DNA of 64,000 bases from Bacteroidota bacterium (GTDB taxonomy: Bacteria; Bacteroidota; Bacteroidia; Bacteroidales; UBA7960). Positions 10,519 through 20,874 of the stretch are shown here, piece by piece (the first letter of the stretch is position 1; the number at the start of each line of letters is the position of its first letter). The position numbers and the translations under genes are program-made. The notes below the pieces were generated by a model. It was given only the letters and a program-made list of their open reading frames with translations, did no database searches and had not been told where the DNA came from. The stretch lies in NCBI GenBank assembly GCA_018335675.1, contig JAGXRQ010000018.1:2608-66607 (forward strand), in the 5' to 3' direction.

Positions 10519-11814
10519 TTAATAAACATTTGATGCACCACCACCATCATTTCTATCACGGCCGAGGAAATCCTGAACACAACGGAATCCAATAAATGAT
10601 TTTGCGGTATCTTGGTACTCATATGTTCTTGCGCTAACTTGTAGAAACTGTCCAACATCTTTCCAGCTTCCACCGCGAATTACCTTACGTTTTTTAGTAA
10701 TAGGGTCATCATTTTGAGCTTCATATTGATAGCTCATGTTCATGTCGTGGCCGAAGATATAAAATGACTCGTCGTATGCGTCAGATGTCCATTCAGCAAC
10801 GTTACCTGACATATCATACAATCCATAATCATTTGGAGGATAATGTCCAACAACAACGGTTTGAAAACCACCATCATCAGTATAATTACCTCTTAACGGT
10901 TTGTAGTTTGCAAGGAAACATCCGTCAATATTTCTAGTATATGGTCCACCCCATGGGAAAGGGTTTAAATCAAGTCCGCCTCTAGCTGCATATTCCCACT
11001 CGGATTCAGAAGGTAGTCTAAAGTCTGAAGCAATAGAATTGCCTCCTCCTGTAAGATATGAGTTTAAGAATTGTGTTCTCCAAATAGTGAAAGCTCTAGC
11101 TTGCATCCAATTAACACCAACAACAGGATAATGGTCATATGTTGGGTGCCAAAAATACATTTTTGTCATTGGCTCATTATATGAATAGCTGAAATCGTGT
11201 ATCCAAGCTAAAGTATCAGGATAAACAGGAGTTTCGTATTCAAGAACAAACTCTCTTCTAGGAGTATTTCTCTCTGCTCTTTTAGCAGCTCTTTGAAGAT
11301 CTATCCTATAATAGCGATAAATTAATTTTCTTGTATCGAGTTCTTTCCTGCGGAAAAATCTTTCATGTTCTGGCAAGAACAATTCAGCAAGAAATTCTCT
11401 TTCCTCTTCACCAGTCCAGCGAATTCTCTGATTCCAGTTGATAAGTGGCGGTTCAAGATCTTGACCATACTCATCTTGCAGAATTAAATGTCCTTCATCA
11501 AACTCAGACAGTTTCAAGTGAGCAAGAGAGTCTCTTACCCAATACACAAATTGTCTGTATTGATTATTGGTAATTTCTGTCTGATCCATATAATAAGATG
11601 GTAAAGACACAGTTTTGGAAATAGCATTATGAGTATATGCTGCATCCTGATCTGACGGACCCATGGTATAACTACCAAGCGGAATATAAACCATTCCGGG
11701 CGGATCGCCGTAATAAAATCCCGGTCTGTCAACGACACCGGTAAGGTGGCCTCTGCCACTGTCACAACTATTTAACAAAATGATAATAGAAGCAAAAAAA
11801 ACTAATCTTTTCAT
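10519..11814 (-). CDS. gldK: T9SS/gliding lipoprotein GldK (PorK), FGE-sulfatase (SUMF1) fold
   Basis: The ORF runs 10519..11928. I place the start at the internal Met giving the lipoprotein signal MKRLVFFASIIILLNSC (start 11814). Typical SUMF1 motifs are present: GVNWMQARAF, SESEWEYAARGG, NVAEWTSD and RGGSWKD. Confidence 0.9.
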   Translation of the reverse strand: MKRLVFFASIIILLNSCDSGRGHLTGVVDRPGFYYGDPPGMVYIPLGSYTMGPSDQDAAYTHNAISKTVSLPSYYMDQTEITNNQYRQFVYWVRDSLAHLKLSEFDEGHLILQDEYGQDLEPPLINWNQRIRWTGEEEREFLAELFLPEHERFFRRKELDTRKLIYRYYRIDLQRAAKRAERNTPRREFVLEYETPVYPDTLAWIHDFSYSYNEPMTKMYFWHPTYDHYPVVGVNWMQARAFTIWRTQFLNSYLTGGGNSIASDFRLPSESEWEYAARGGLDLNPFPWGGPYTRNIDGCFLANYKPLRGNYTDDGGFQTVVVGHYPPNDYGLYDMSGNVAEWTSDAYDESFYIFGHDMNMSYQYEAQNDDPITKKRKVIRGGSWKDVGQFLQVSARTYEYQDTAKSFIGFRCVQDFLGRDRNDGGGASNVY

Positions 11815-11911
11815 AATAGCTCCTGTTTTTATATGACCACTAAAAATATTTCTAACTCTATTTAATTTAAACGAACAATTTTTCCTATAGTTACAACCTT
11901 TTTTAAAGATG

Positions 11912-12862
11912 TTATAAAAATCTAACATTTTTATATGGTTGATTTAATCTTTCAAATTCAAGGTTGAAGCAATACTGCAACATAATTTCATGACTTCCCC
12001 AGCTTCTTCCTTGTCTTCCTAAGAGTGAAGTTGTAATATCATATGAGTATCCAATACTTATCTGATCTAACCTCAACCCTAGAAGAAATACTACTGCATC
12101 ATCCAACCTATAACTCACTCCACCCCAAACAATCTCTTTATATGTTACCATTGCATTGATATCCAATTGATAACTGTTAAAATCGGATTTTAAAAGTGCT
12201 GAAGGCGTTATTACATAGTTATTATTTCCCGGATATAAATAGTCAAATCCACCTGCAAGATAATAATGTCTTTTATTTCGGTAATTTGCATATCCAATTT
12301 CGTTATTTGCTTGCCTTAGCTGGGTTACAGATAATCCAATCCAAGCGTTTTCATCAGACTGGTAGAATCCTCCGAGTGCAAAATCGAGCAAGATATTACT
12401 TTGCTCATCTTTATCAGCCAGCACAGGGTCTCCTTCGTTAATTGGTTTAAACTGGGAGAAATCTATTCTCGAATCGATAAAACCAACTTGCCCTCCTATT
12501 CCTAGTTTTCCATATCCTAATAAATAATGATATGAATATCCAAGCTTAACTCCAACTGCTGTTTGAAACCCAACTTTATCTTGAAGAAACCCAAGTGCTA
12601 AACCGCCTTTCAGCAGAGAAACCGGTGCATCAACATTAAGACTGTACGTTTCCGGAGAAAGTTTTTCTCCTTCTTCGGTTTTAAAACCAGCCCATTGTTG
12701 TCTGAACAATCCGGTAGCACAAATTGAATTTCTAAGACCTGCAAATCCGGGATTAATTCCCATATTATTAAACATGTTATGGCTAAACTGTGGCTCTTGC
12801 TGCGCAAATAACGCTGAGCAAACAAGAGAAACAAATAATATTGTAAGCCAAAAAACTCTCAT
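11912..12862 (-). CDS. porP: PorP/SprF-family T9SS outer-membrane protein
   Basis: 316 aa. Signal peptide, then the family-typical QQEPQFSHNMFNNMGINPGFAG. The composition is beta-barrel-like. It sits directly upstream of gldK, as in the P. gingivalis porPKLMN operon. Confidence 0.8.
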   Translation of the reverse strand: MRVFWLTILFVSLVCSALFAQQEPQFSHNMFNNMGINPGFAGLRNSICATGLFRQQWAGFKTEEGEKLSPETYSLNVDAPVSLLKGGLALGFLQDKVGFQTAVGVKLGYSYHYLLGYGKLGIGGQVGFIDSRIDFSQFKPINEGDPVLADKDEQSNILLDFALGGFYQSDENAWIGLSVTQLRQANNEIGYANYRNKRHYYLAGGFDYLYPGNNNYVITPSALLKSDFNSYQLDINAMVTYKEIVWGGVSYRLDDAVVFLLGLRLDQISIGYSYDITTSLLGRQGRSWGSHEIMLQYCFNLEFERLNQPYKNVRFL

Positions 12863-13152
12863 TGTATTTTTCCTTTTAATTCAGAAAACGCAAAAAAACA
12901 AATATTATTTAACTTATTTGAAATTTATGCGCTTTAAATTTAAGCGGGTAAAAGTACAATAAATTTTTTATTAACATGTCGTTGTTAATAACTTCCTAAA
13001 TCAAAAAATCAAAGAGCGTATTGATTATCAGCTAATTATAAAAGCCAAATGTACTTTGGCATTCTACAAAATTAATTTACAAATCTAAACAATTTATCAG
13101 TAATTCTACGCAGTTTGCAATTATCACTGATTATTTACAAAAATTTCACCCT

Positions 13153-13188
13153 AAAAGTAGTATTTTTTGTTAAACCAAAACTACTTTT
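13153..13188 (-). terminator. Possible terminator hairpin after the arginase-fold gene
   Basis: AAAAGTAGT (13153-13161) pairs with ACTACTTTT (13180-13188) around an 18-nt loop, 9 nt beyond the stop at 13197. It is AT-rich with a weak U-tract, so confidence is low. Confidence 0.35.
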
Positions 13189-13196
13189 GAAAAAAA

Positions 13197-14381
13197 TCAC
13201 AAAAATTTTTGATAAACCTGCCACCATCTTTCTGGAATTTCTTCTTGACATGCTGCCTGATAGTCTTTGTAGGAGCATGGGACTAGAAATTGTCTATCAT
13301 ATTTTATTTGCATTCCTGACGGACAAGGAACTTCCATCCACCATCTGTCGCTCACTTTACTTTTATAAAATACTATTTCATTGGTAAATTCTTTTATTGA
13401 GACCACGTACTTAATATAAGCACCTGTGTCTTTTCTTTCTCTGTCAGGGAAGTCATTTTTTCTATGTGCAAACCCATCAATAAAATACCATATCATTTGA
13501 GCAATCAAGTGAGCTGTTTGTTCTCCATTATCAAAAGCAGGATTATGTTCATAAAATCCGATAGAAGAAAGTTTATCGCTTAGTCCTGCATATCTAACAA
13601 TCTGACATGCCTCTTCTCCATAAAATCCATTAGGAGAGGCAAAAGAATTTCCCGGGGCATCTGATTGTCTGATGCTGGAGACATCAAAAGAAAACATATC
13701 AGCATTTCTAACAATAGGCTCAACTTCTTCAAGGTTGCTTCTAACTAAGCCTAATCTGTAAACATCAAAAAACATTTTATTCATCAGTTCAATAGCATCC
13801 TGATCAATAAAATAAGTTTGATAGCCAATGTTTGTGTAATTAAACAAAAAATTAGGTTTATGCTTAATTATATCACTTAAATAACTTTTATGATTAATTC
13901 CTGGTTCATTGAGCCCAATATCAAAGCAAGAATCTACAGAAACAATGTTGATTATTTGCCCCAAAGATTCATATGCCAGATAATTTGCGTATGTTAGGTC
14001 CTGGCTACCACCAATTAAAACAGGCACTATCCCTTTTTCAATAAGATCAGCAACAACAGTTTTAACGGCATAATAAGTATCTTCAGGTGTATGTCCGGGC
14101 TTAATGTTACCTAAGTCTGCAATATGAATTTTATTAGGACCTTGAAAAAGTTGATAAAGATATTTCCTTACATAATCGGGCGAAAGTCCGCACCCTTGAT
14201 TTTCAGGTGCATTTCTGTCTTCAGGAATCCCAATTATGGCAATTTGTTTATTATCGAGAGAAGGAAACCCTTCATCAACAATATAAGAATCAATTACCTC
14301 CCCTAACAATAGTGGGTGTGATTTTGTTTTGTTTTTAATTTTTGCAGGGTCAATTGCTTGAAAATATGCCTCAAGTTCCAT
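13197..14381 (-). CDS. Arginase/formimidoylglutamase-fold protein with substituted metal ligands and a ~90-aa C-terminal extension
   Basis: 394 aa. Ureohydrolase-like blocks VLIGGSQDLTY, IVSVDSCFDIG and FSFDVSSIRQSDAPG are present. By-eye alignment shows canonical His/Asp ligands replaced (see finding). Confidence 0.7.
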   Translation of the reverse strand: MELEAYFQAIDPAKIKNKTKSHPLLLGEVIDSYIVDEGFPSLDNKQIAIIGIPEDRNAPENQGCGLSPDYVRKYLYQLFQGPNKIHIADLGNIKPGHTPEDTYYAVKTVVADLIEKGIVPVLIGGSQDLTYANYLAYESLGQIINIVSVDSCFDIGLNEPGINHKSYLSDIIKHKPNFLFNYTNIGYQTYFIDQDAIELMNKMFFDVYRLGLVRSNLEEVEPIVRNADMFSFDVSSIRQSDAPGNSFASPNGFYGEEACQIVRYAGLSDKLSSIGFYEHNPAFDNGEQTAHLIAQMIWYFIDGFAHRKNDFPDRERKDTGAYIKYVVSIKEFTNEIVFYKSKVSDRWWMEVPCPSGMQIKYDRQFLVPCSYKDYQAACQEEIPERWWQVYQKFL

Positions 14382-14392
14382 TTCTTATTTCC

Positions 14393-16762
14393 TTATTTCT
14401 TTTTTTTGGAAGATTTAGTTTTTGCAGAGCCTGTGGCTTTGCTTTTGGTTGTACGTGATTTTTTTACAGAGGTTGCTCCGCTCTCACTTTTAATTTTCAA
14501 ACAATCTTCCAAAGTTATATCTTCGGGCTTGCAGCCCTTAGGGATTTTCAGATTTTCTCCTTTAAAAGAAATGTATGGGCCCCATCTTCCAATAAGCACT
14601 ATCACATCAGGTTCTTTCTCAAATTTTTTAATTATCTTTTTGCTTTCGGCATTTCTTTTATTAAGAATAATTTCTATAGCTCTATCAAGCGACACTGTTA
14701 ATGGATCGTCTGTTTTGGGGATTGACACGAATTTCGAATCATGCCTAAGATATGGTCCAAATCTGCCAACAGCAGCAACAATTTCTTTTTCTTCAAAAAG
14801 TCCGACTTTTCTAGGCAGTTTAAATAATTCGAGAGCATCCTCCAAAGAAATTGTATCAATGCTCTGATTTTTCAACAAACCTGCAAATGTTGGTTTCTCT
14901 TCTTCATTAGATTCTCCAATCTGGGCCATAGGGCCAAACCTACCAATCTTAACATAAATATTTTTGCCAGATTGCGGGTCTTTCCCCAGCAGTCTTTCTC
15001 CGCTAACCTTTTCTGATTTTTGCAAAGCATTTTCAACGGTTTTATGAAATGGCCAATAAAACTCTTTGATTACACCCTCCCATTTAATATTATTTTGAGC
15101 AATCTCGTCAAACTCCTTTTCAAGCTTTGCTGTAAAGCTATAATCAACAATTTCCTTGAAATATTCGACTAGATAGTTATTAACAACTGTACCCAAATCG
15201 GTAGGGAATAGTTTGTTTTTTTCTGCGCCGGTAATTTCACTATTTTCAAGTTCAATTATTTTTGAATTTCTCAATTCAAGAACGCAGTATTTACGCTTTT
15301 CTCCATCTCTACTTTCTTTAACCACATATTCCCTTTTTTGAATTGTTGAAATAGTTGGTGCATAAGTTGAAGGTCGTCCGATGCCTAATTCTTCAAGTTT
15401 TTTTACCAAGCCTGGCTCTGTATATCTAGGGTTATGTTTTGAAAATCTTTCAACCGCATGCATATAATTAAGGTCAAGCTTTTGGCCAATTTTTAATGGA
15501 GGAAGGATTGATTTTCCTGATTCTTCTTCTTCCTCATCAGTTGACTCGAAGTATAGTTTTAGAAATCCGTCAAATTTTATAACCTCCCCAATAGCCACTA
15601 GCTTTTCATTAGCTTTTGAAATACTAATATCAACCTGCGTTTTCTCAATTATTGCATCAGCCATTTGAGACGCCATGGTTCTTTTCCAAATAAGCTCATA
15701 TAATCTTTGTTCAGCGGGATCGCCTCCAATAGATTTCACAGACATCTCAGTTGGTCTTATTGCTTCGTGAGCTTCTTGAGCACCTTTTGTTTTGGTAGTA
15801 TATTTTCTTGATTTAGCATAATTTGCACCAAATACTTTGGTAATCTCATTTTTTGCCATTTCGATAGCTGAATCAGAGAGATTTACTGAGTCGGTACGCA
15901 TATAAGTAATTTTCCCAGATTCATAAAGCTTCTGAGCAATTGTCATAGTTCTTGAAACAGAAAAGCCTAGCTTTCTTCCTGCTTCCTGTTGCAAAGTAGA
16001 AGTAGTAAAAGGGGCAGAAGGCGATTTAGTAGAAGGTTTAGTTTCGACATTTTCAACAGTAAATACACTCCCATTGCATTTATTTAAGAACTCGTAAGCA
16101 CTTTCATTGTTGATTATTTTATTAGAAAGTTCGGCCTTAAATTGCATATTATGACCGTTATGTATAACATCAAAAATTGCGTGAACTTTATAAAAGTTTT
16201 GAACTTTAAATGCCTGTATCTCTTTTTCTCTTTCCACAATAAGCCTAACAGCTACCGACTGAACTCTCCCTGCCGATAATGATGGTCTGACTTTCTTCCA
16301 GAGCACAGGCGACAATTCAAAGCCTACAAGTCTGTCGATTACTCTCCTAGCCTGTTGAGCATTAACAAGATTAATATCAAGTTTTCTAGGATTTTCTATT
16401 GCATTTAGAATTGCTTTCTTTGTAATCTCGTGGAAAACGATACGTTTATACTTATTTGCCGGCAATTTCAGACTTTCAGCAAGGTGCCATGAAATAGCTT
16501 CTCCTTCGCGGTCTTCATCAGTTGCGAGCCAAACCATTTCAGCAGATTTTGAATCTTTTTGAAGTTCTGCAATTACTTTCTTTTTATCAGCAGGTATTTC
16601 GTAAAGTGGTGTGAAATTCTTTTCAACATCAACACCTAATTTTGTTTTGGATAGATCTCTAACATGTCCAAAACTTGATTTTACTAAAAAATCTTTACCC
16701 AAAAATCCCTCAATGGTCTTCGCTTTAGCTGGAGACTCAACAATAACAAGGTTTTTAGCCAT
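14393..16762 (-). CDS. topA: DNA topoisomerase I
   Basis: 789 aa. Toprim N-terminus LVIVESPAKAKTIEGFLG, active-site Tyr block ITYMRTDS, and a Lys-rich C-terminal tail. Confidence 0.95.
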   Translation of the reverse strand: MAKNLVIVESPAKAKTIEGFLGKDFLVKSSFGHVRDLSKTKLGVDVEKNFTPLYEIPADKKKVIAELQKDSKSAEMVWLATDEDREGEAISWHLAESLKLPANKYKRIVFHEITKKAILNAIENPRKLDINLVNAQQARRVIDRLVGFELSPVLWKKVRPSLSAGRVQSVAVRLIVEREKEIQAFKVQNFYKVHAIFDVIHNGHNMQFKAELSNKIINNESAYEFLNKCNGSVFTVENVETKPSTKSPSAPFTTSTLQQEAGRKLGFSVSRTMTIAQKLYESGKITYMRTDSVNLSDSAIEMAKNEITKVFGANYAKSRKYTTKTKGAQEAHEAIRPTEMSVKSIGGDPAEQRLYELIWKRTMASQMADAIIEKTQVDISISKANEKLVAIGEVIKFDGFLKLYFESTDEEEEESGKSILPPLKIGQKLDLNYMHAVERFSKHNPRYTEPGLVKKLEELGIGRPSTYAPTISTIQKREYVVKESRDGEKRKYCVLELRNSKIIELENSEITGAEKNKLFPTDLGTVVNNYLVEYFKEIVDYSFTAKLEKEFDEIAQNNIKWEGVIKEFYWPFHKTVENALQKSEKVSGERLLGKDPQSGKNIYVKIGRFGPMAQIGESNEEEKPTFAGLLKNQSIDTISLEDALELFKLPRKVGLFEEKEIVAAVGRFGPYLRHDSKFVSIPKTDDPLTVSLDRAIEIILNKRNAESKKIIKKFEKEPDVIVLIGRWGPYISFKGENLKIPKGCKPEDITLEDCLKIKSESGATSVKKSRTTKSKATGSAKTKSSKKKK

Positions 16763-16870
16763 AATATCTTTTTTTGCCTTGGTTTAAAATTCTGCAAAGA
16801 AAAGCAAAACCTTTTGTATAAAACAAAGAAACCTTAAAATATTTTTATATAATACACTGTGTATTTTGAG

Positions 16871-16878
16871 TAATTTTG
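16871..16878 (+). promoter_or_regulatory. Candidate Bacteroidetes -7 promoter box (TAATTTTG) for miaB
   Basis: Exact match to the published Bacteroidetes -7 consensus TAnnTTTG, 20 nt upstream of the miaB ATG. No clear -33 TTTG at the expected spacing. Confidence 0.3.
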
Positions 16879-16898
16879 TCGGCTAATCATTGAGAATA

Positions 16899-18233
16899 AT
16901 GAAAAAATTGTATATAGAAACTTACGGTTGTCAGATGAATTTTTCTGATAGTGAAATTGTTGCTGCAATTATGACAGAAAACAATTTTGAGACAACTTCC
17001 AATATAAAAGAATCGGATGTTGTTTTTATAAACACTTGCTCTATAAGAGATAATGCTGAAAAAAGAGTAATGGGGAGGCTAAAAGAAATGCAGAGCTTGA
17101 GAAAGCAAAACCCTCAACTGATAATTGGCGTTATAGGGTGCATGGCAGAGAGACTTAAAACACAGTTATTGGAGGAAGAAAAGCTTGGAATGCGAATAGA
17201 TATGGTTGTTGGGCCAGATGCTTACAGAGATTTGCCACAATTAATGATAGATGTTGAGTCGGGTCAAAAAGCTTGTAATATTATCTTATCTAAGGAAGAG
17301 ACATACGCAGATATTACACCAGTAAAGTATTCCGGGAATAATGTTTCAGCATTTATTTCAATAATGAGAGGTTGCGAAAACTTTTGCTCATATTGTGTAG
17401 TACCTTTAACAAGAGGAAAGGAAAGAAGCCGAAATCCATTGACAATAATTAGTGAAGCCAGAGAACTATTTGAAAAAGGATACAGAGAAATAACATTGTT
17501 GGGGCAAAATGTAAATTCATATAATTGGGACAACGGTGATGTAAATTTCAGCAAGCTACTGCAAGAAGTTGCCGGAATAAGCCCTCTTTTAAGAGTCAGG
17601 TTTGCAACATCTCATCCAAAAGATATATCAGATGAGCTAATTAATGTAATTGCTTCATACAATAATATATGTAATGCAATTCACCTTCCTGTACAATCAG
17701 GTAGCACTGACGTTTTAAGAAGGATGAATAGAAAATATAACAGAGAAGACTATTTAGAGAGAATTCAAAAAATTAAAAGTACAATTTCAAATTGCGCATT
17801 ATCTACAGACATTATTGCCGGTTTTTGTGGAGAAACAGAGGAGGATCATAAAGAAACTTTAAGTCTTATGAAAGAAGTCGGGTTTGACTTCGCTTTTATG
17901 TTTAAGTATTCCGAGAGGCCAGGGACACCTGCTGCCACAAAATACAAAGATGATGTTCCTGAAAAAATTAAAGGAAGGAGGCTGCAGGAAATAATAGATT
18001 TACAGCAGCAATTATCTTTAGAGAGCAATCAAAATAACATAGGAAAAACCTTCGAGGTATTAGTTGAAGGATATTCAAGAAAATCAAAAAAACAGGTATC
18101 CGGGAGAAACTCTCAAAACAAAGTTGTTGTTTTCGAAGATAAAGGTTATAAACCCGGAGATTATGTTAATGTTATGATTACATCGTGTACAGCAGCTACA
18201 CTAATTGGGGAAGGACATAGCTCTAATTCTTAA
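16899..18233 (+). CDS. miaB: tRNA-2-methylthio-N6-dimethylallyladenosine synthase
   Basis: The track ORF starts at a TTG (16890). I use ATG 16899 ([14 protein letters not shown]). It has the radical SAM cluster [11 protein letters not shown] and a C-terminal TRAM-like domain. Confidence 0.9.
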   Translation: MKKLYIETYGCQMNFSDSEIVAAIMTENNFETTSNIKESDVVFINTCSIRDNAEKRVMGRLKEMQSLRKQNPQLIIGVIGCMAERLKTQLLEEEKLGMRIDMVVGPDAYRDLPQLMIDVESGQKACNIILSKEETYADITPVKYSGNNVSAFISIMRGCENFCSYCVVPLTRGKERSRNPLTIISEARELFEKGYREITLLGQNVNSYNWDNGDVNFSKLLQEVAGISPLLRVRFATSHPKDISDELINVIASYNNICNAIHLPVQSGSTDVLRRMNRKYNREDYLERIQKIKSTISNCALSTDIIAGFCGETEEDHKETLSLMKEVGFDFAFMFKYSERPGTPAATKYKDDVPEKIKGRRLQEIIDLQQQLSLESNQNNIGKTFEVLVEGYSRKSKKQVSGRNSQNKVVVFEDKGYKPGDYVNVMITSCTAATLIGEGHSSNS

Positions 18234-18897
18234 GTTTTGGGAGTAGGGTTTCGGCTATTTTAAAGTCAATTGCAGTCGTAATTTTTATGTTTTCAGGATT
18301 TCCTTCGGTTAAAAATATTTTATGTCCTCTTGACTCTAGCACTGTAGCATCATCTGTAAATTTCTCATCGTAATTTTGATTATAGGCATCTTTGATGATA
18401 TCAGATTTAAAACACTGAGGCGTTTGAATTATTTTCAATTTAGTCCTTTCAATGGGTGAATTATGAACATTTTCAACCATTCTTACAGATTCTGCAATAT
18501 CAATAGAGGGAATAGCATTCCCATACCTTTCGGCAAAATTAAAAACCCTTGAAATTGTTTCCAGGCTAACTAAAGGCCTTGCTCCATCATGAATTGCGAC
18601 AAGCACACCTTTTTCAACAAGCTTAAGGCCATTTTTCACTGAATGAAATCGCGTAGGGCCGCCGGCAACTACTTTGTGATTTATATTAAATTGTTGCTTC
18701 TCGCATAATTTTGCCCAGTCGGAAATTTGATTATCTGCCAAAACAAGCACAAATTCGATATCTGGAGAATACTTAAGAAATGTATTAAAAGAATACATTA
18801 AGAGAGGCTTCCCTTTTAGCTCAACAAATTGTTTGGGAATATTCAGATTTGTTCTTGATCCGCTACCGCCTGATGTAATCAGAACAATTTTTTTCAT
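18223..18897 (-). CDS. ispD: 2-C-methyl-D-erythritol 4-phosphate cytidylyltransferase
   Basis: 224 aa. [18 protein letters not shown] and VAIHDGARP motifs. Confidence 0.9.
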   Translation of the reverse strand: MKKIVLITSGGSGSRTNLNIPKQFVELKGKPLLMYSFNTFLKYSPDIEFVLVLADNQISDWAKLCEKQQFNINHKVVAGGPTRFHSVKNGLKLVEKGVLVAIHDGARPLVSLETISRVFNFAERYGNAIPSIDIAESVRMVENVHNSPIERTKLKIIQTPQCFKSDIIKDAYNQNYDEKFTDDATVLESRGHKIFLTEGNPENIKITTAIDFKIAETLLPKLKN

Positions 18898-18915
18898 CCT
18901 TAAATAAATTTTTCT

Positions 18916-19965
18916 CTAAATAATCAACATTGCATCACCATAGGTGAAAAACTTATACCCTTCTTTAATTCCTTCTTTATATGCATGCATAAGAAGGTCA
19001 AATCCTGAAAATGCTGCAACCATCATCATAAGAGTAGACTGAGGAAGATGGAAATTAGAAATCATGGCATTAGCAACGCTAAAATCGTGTGGAGGATATA
19101 TAAACTTGTTTGTCCAACCTTCATAAGGTTTTAGTTGACCGGAAATAGAAACAGAAGATTCCAGAGATCTCATGGTTGTAGTACCCACTGCACATATTCT
19201 GCGTTTCTTTTCTTTTGCTTTATTTACAAAATCTGCAGTCTTTTCTTCAATAATGAATTGCTCAGAATCCATTTTATGCTTACTAAGATCTTCTACATCA
19301 ACACTTCTAAAATTTCCAAGACCAGCGTGAAGAGTTACATTAACAAATGAAATGCCTTTAATTTCGAGTCTTTTCACAAGTTCTCGTGAGAAGTGCATCC
19401 CGGCAGTAGGTGCAGCCACTGCTCCCTCTCTTTTGGCGAAAACAGTTTGATACCTTTCTTTATCGTCAGGCTCCACAGGTCTTTTAATTAATTTAGGAAG
19501 AGGCGTTTCTCCAAGAGATTCTATCGTCTTTTTAAATTCATCATACGTGCCATCAAACAAAAATCTCAATGTACGACCTCTAGAGGTTGTATTATCAATA
19601 ACTTCAGCAACAAGATTATCATCTTCTCCAAAATAAAGTTTGTTGCCAATTCTAATTTTTCTTGCAGGATCAACTAATACGTCCCATAATCTGGCTTCAC
19701 GGTTCAATTCTCTAAGCAAAAAAACTTCAATTTTAGCTCCTGTTTTTTCCTTTGTACCATATAATCTAGCCGGAAAAACTTTTGTGTCGTTAACAATCAT
19801 CACATCTCCATCTTCGAAATAGTCGATGATATCTTTAAACATTTTATGTTCAATTTTGCCAGTATTTCTGTGTACAACCATTAACCTAGACTCATCACGA
19901 TTTAAAGGTGGATGAATGGCTATAAGGTCGGCTGGTAAGTGGAATTTAAAATCGGATAATTTCAT
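18916..19965 (-). CDS. queA: S-adenosylmethionine:tRNA ribosyltransferase-isomerase
   Basis: 349 aa. [19 protein letters not shown] at the N-terminus, APTAGMHF, and [13 protein letters not shown]. Confidence 0.95.
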   Translation of the reverse strand: MKLSDFKFHLPADLIAIHPPLNRDESRLMVVHRNTGKIEHKMFKDIIDYFEDGDVMIVNDTKVFPARLYGTKEKTGAKIEVFLLRELNREARLWDVLVDPARKIRIGNKLYFGEDDNLVAEVIDNTTSRGRTLRFLFDGTYDEFKKTIESLGETPLPKLIKRPVEPDDKERYQTVFAKREGAVAAPTAGMHFSRELVKRLEIKGISFVNVTLHAGLGNFRSVDVEDLSKHKMDSEQFIIEEKTADFVNKAKEKKRRICAVGTTTMRSLESSVSISGQLKPYEGWTNKFIYPPHDFSVANAMISNFHLPQSTLMMMVAAFSGFDLLMHAYKEGIKEGYKFFTYGDAMLII

Positions 19966-20133
19966 TTTAGTTGATGTTATGTGGAAACTATGTTATTTAT
20001 TTTCAGCAATATAAGGGTAACACAAAAGGCTGCAAAGATAATACATCAAGGAAGCGTTGTCAATAGTTTTTCAAAATAAAATACAATTAAGATGTAAAAT
20101 TGTTCAGTTTAATACGGCAAAAACTTGGTTTCC

Positions 20134-20874
20134 CTATTCTTCAGTCGGGTTTTTAACAAGGTTTGGGTTAAAAAGAATTGCATTTTGAGCATCATCAATC
20201 GACATTGCATTTTCAACTTTAAAATTGCCTATTCTTTCTCTTCTCAAGGCCTTAAGGTATGCTCCAGACTTAAGTGCTATCCCTAAATCTTTTGCTATAG
20301 AGCGAATGTAAGTTCCTTTTGAGCAAACAATATTAAAATGAATATCAGGTAGGTCAAACTTCACAATTTCGAATTTAGAAATATTCACCATTTTTGGTTT
20401 CACGTCTGGGACTTTACCTTTACGAGCAATATCATAAGCTCTTTTACCATCAATTTTTTTTGCTGAAAAGATAGGAGGCATTTGGCTTATATCTCCGATA
20501 AACTTTTCTGCTTCTTCTTTTACGCTTTTTAAAGAAACGTGGTCAATTGAGAATATGAAATCCACTTCAGTTTCTAAATCAAAAGAAGGAGTTGTTGCTC
20601 CAAGTAAGAAAATACCGGAATATTCTTTTTCAAATTCTTGAAATGATTCAATAAGCTTGGTGTTTTTTCCGCAGCAAATAATAAGAAGTCCTGATGCAAG
20701 TGGGTCTAAAGTTCCTGCGTGCCCAATCTTAATTTTTTTAAGTCCTGCTCTATTCTTAAGAAGAAACTTCAGCTTATTAACAACATCAAAAGATGTCCAA
20801 CCTAACGGTTTATCAATAAGCATAGTAATTCCATTAAGCAAATCGTCCTTTGTAGCGTTTTTCAAATTCATCAT
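20134..20874 (-). CDS. truB: tRNA pseudouridine(55) synthase
   Basis: 246 aa. Catalytic block GHAGTLDPLASGLLIICCG. Confidence 0.9.
   Translation of the reverse strand: MMNLKNATKDDLLNGITMLIDKPLGWTSFDVVNKLKFLLKNRAGLKKIKIGHAGTLDPLASGLLIICCGKNTKLIESFQEFEKEYSGIFLLGATTPSFDLETEVDFIFSIDHVSLKSVKEEAEKFIGDISQMPPIFSAKKIDGKRAYDIARKGKVPDVKPKMVNISKFEIVKFDLPDIHFNIVCSKGTYIRSIAKDLGIALKSGAYLKALRRERIGNFKVENAMSIDDAQNAILFNPNLVKNPTEE

Noticed and set aside
11815-11928. N-terminal extensions offered by the ORF track for gldK. The same applies to cysN (57539..57655), dprA (29462..29527), rbfA (5040..5105), miaB (16890..16898) and the GH13 gene (44183..44212).
   Set aside because: The extensions overlap the upstream gene or start at TTG. 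They lack conservation-like sequence and precede an internal Met that gives a canonical lipoprotein or signal peptide, or the family N-terminus.
13115-13387. 90-aa plus-strand ORF spanning the end of the arginase-fold gene and the downstream hairpin. Also the 99-aa minus-strand ORF 35157..35456 over the tilS start.
   Set aside because: Both overlap better-supported genes on the opposite strand and have Phe/Lys/Ile-rich low-complexity translations.
14358-14867. 169-aa plus-strand ORF, along with similar long antisense ORFs at 7882..8280, 24568..25008, 41564..41968, 57858..58343, 59187..59639 and 60348..60809.
   Set aside because: Each lies entirely inside, and antisense to, a strongly supported conserved gene (topA, gldM, ileS, the helicase, cysD, PBP1A). 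Their translations are low-complexity Ser/Phe/Ile-rich sequence, typical of shadow ORFs in AT-rich DNA.
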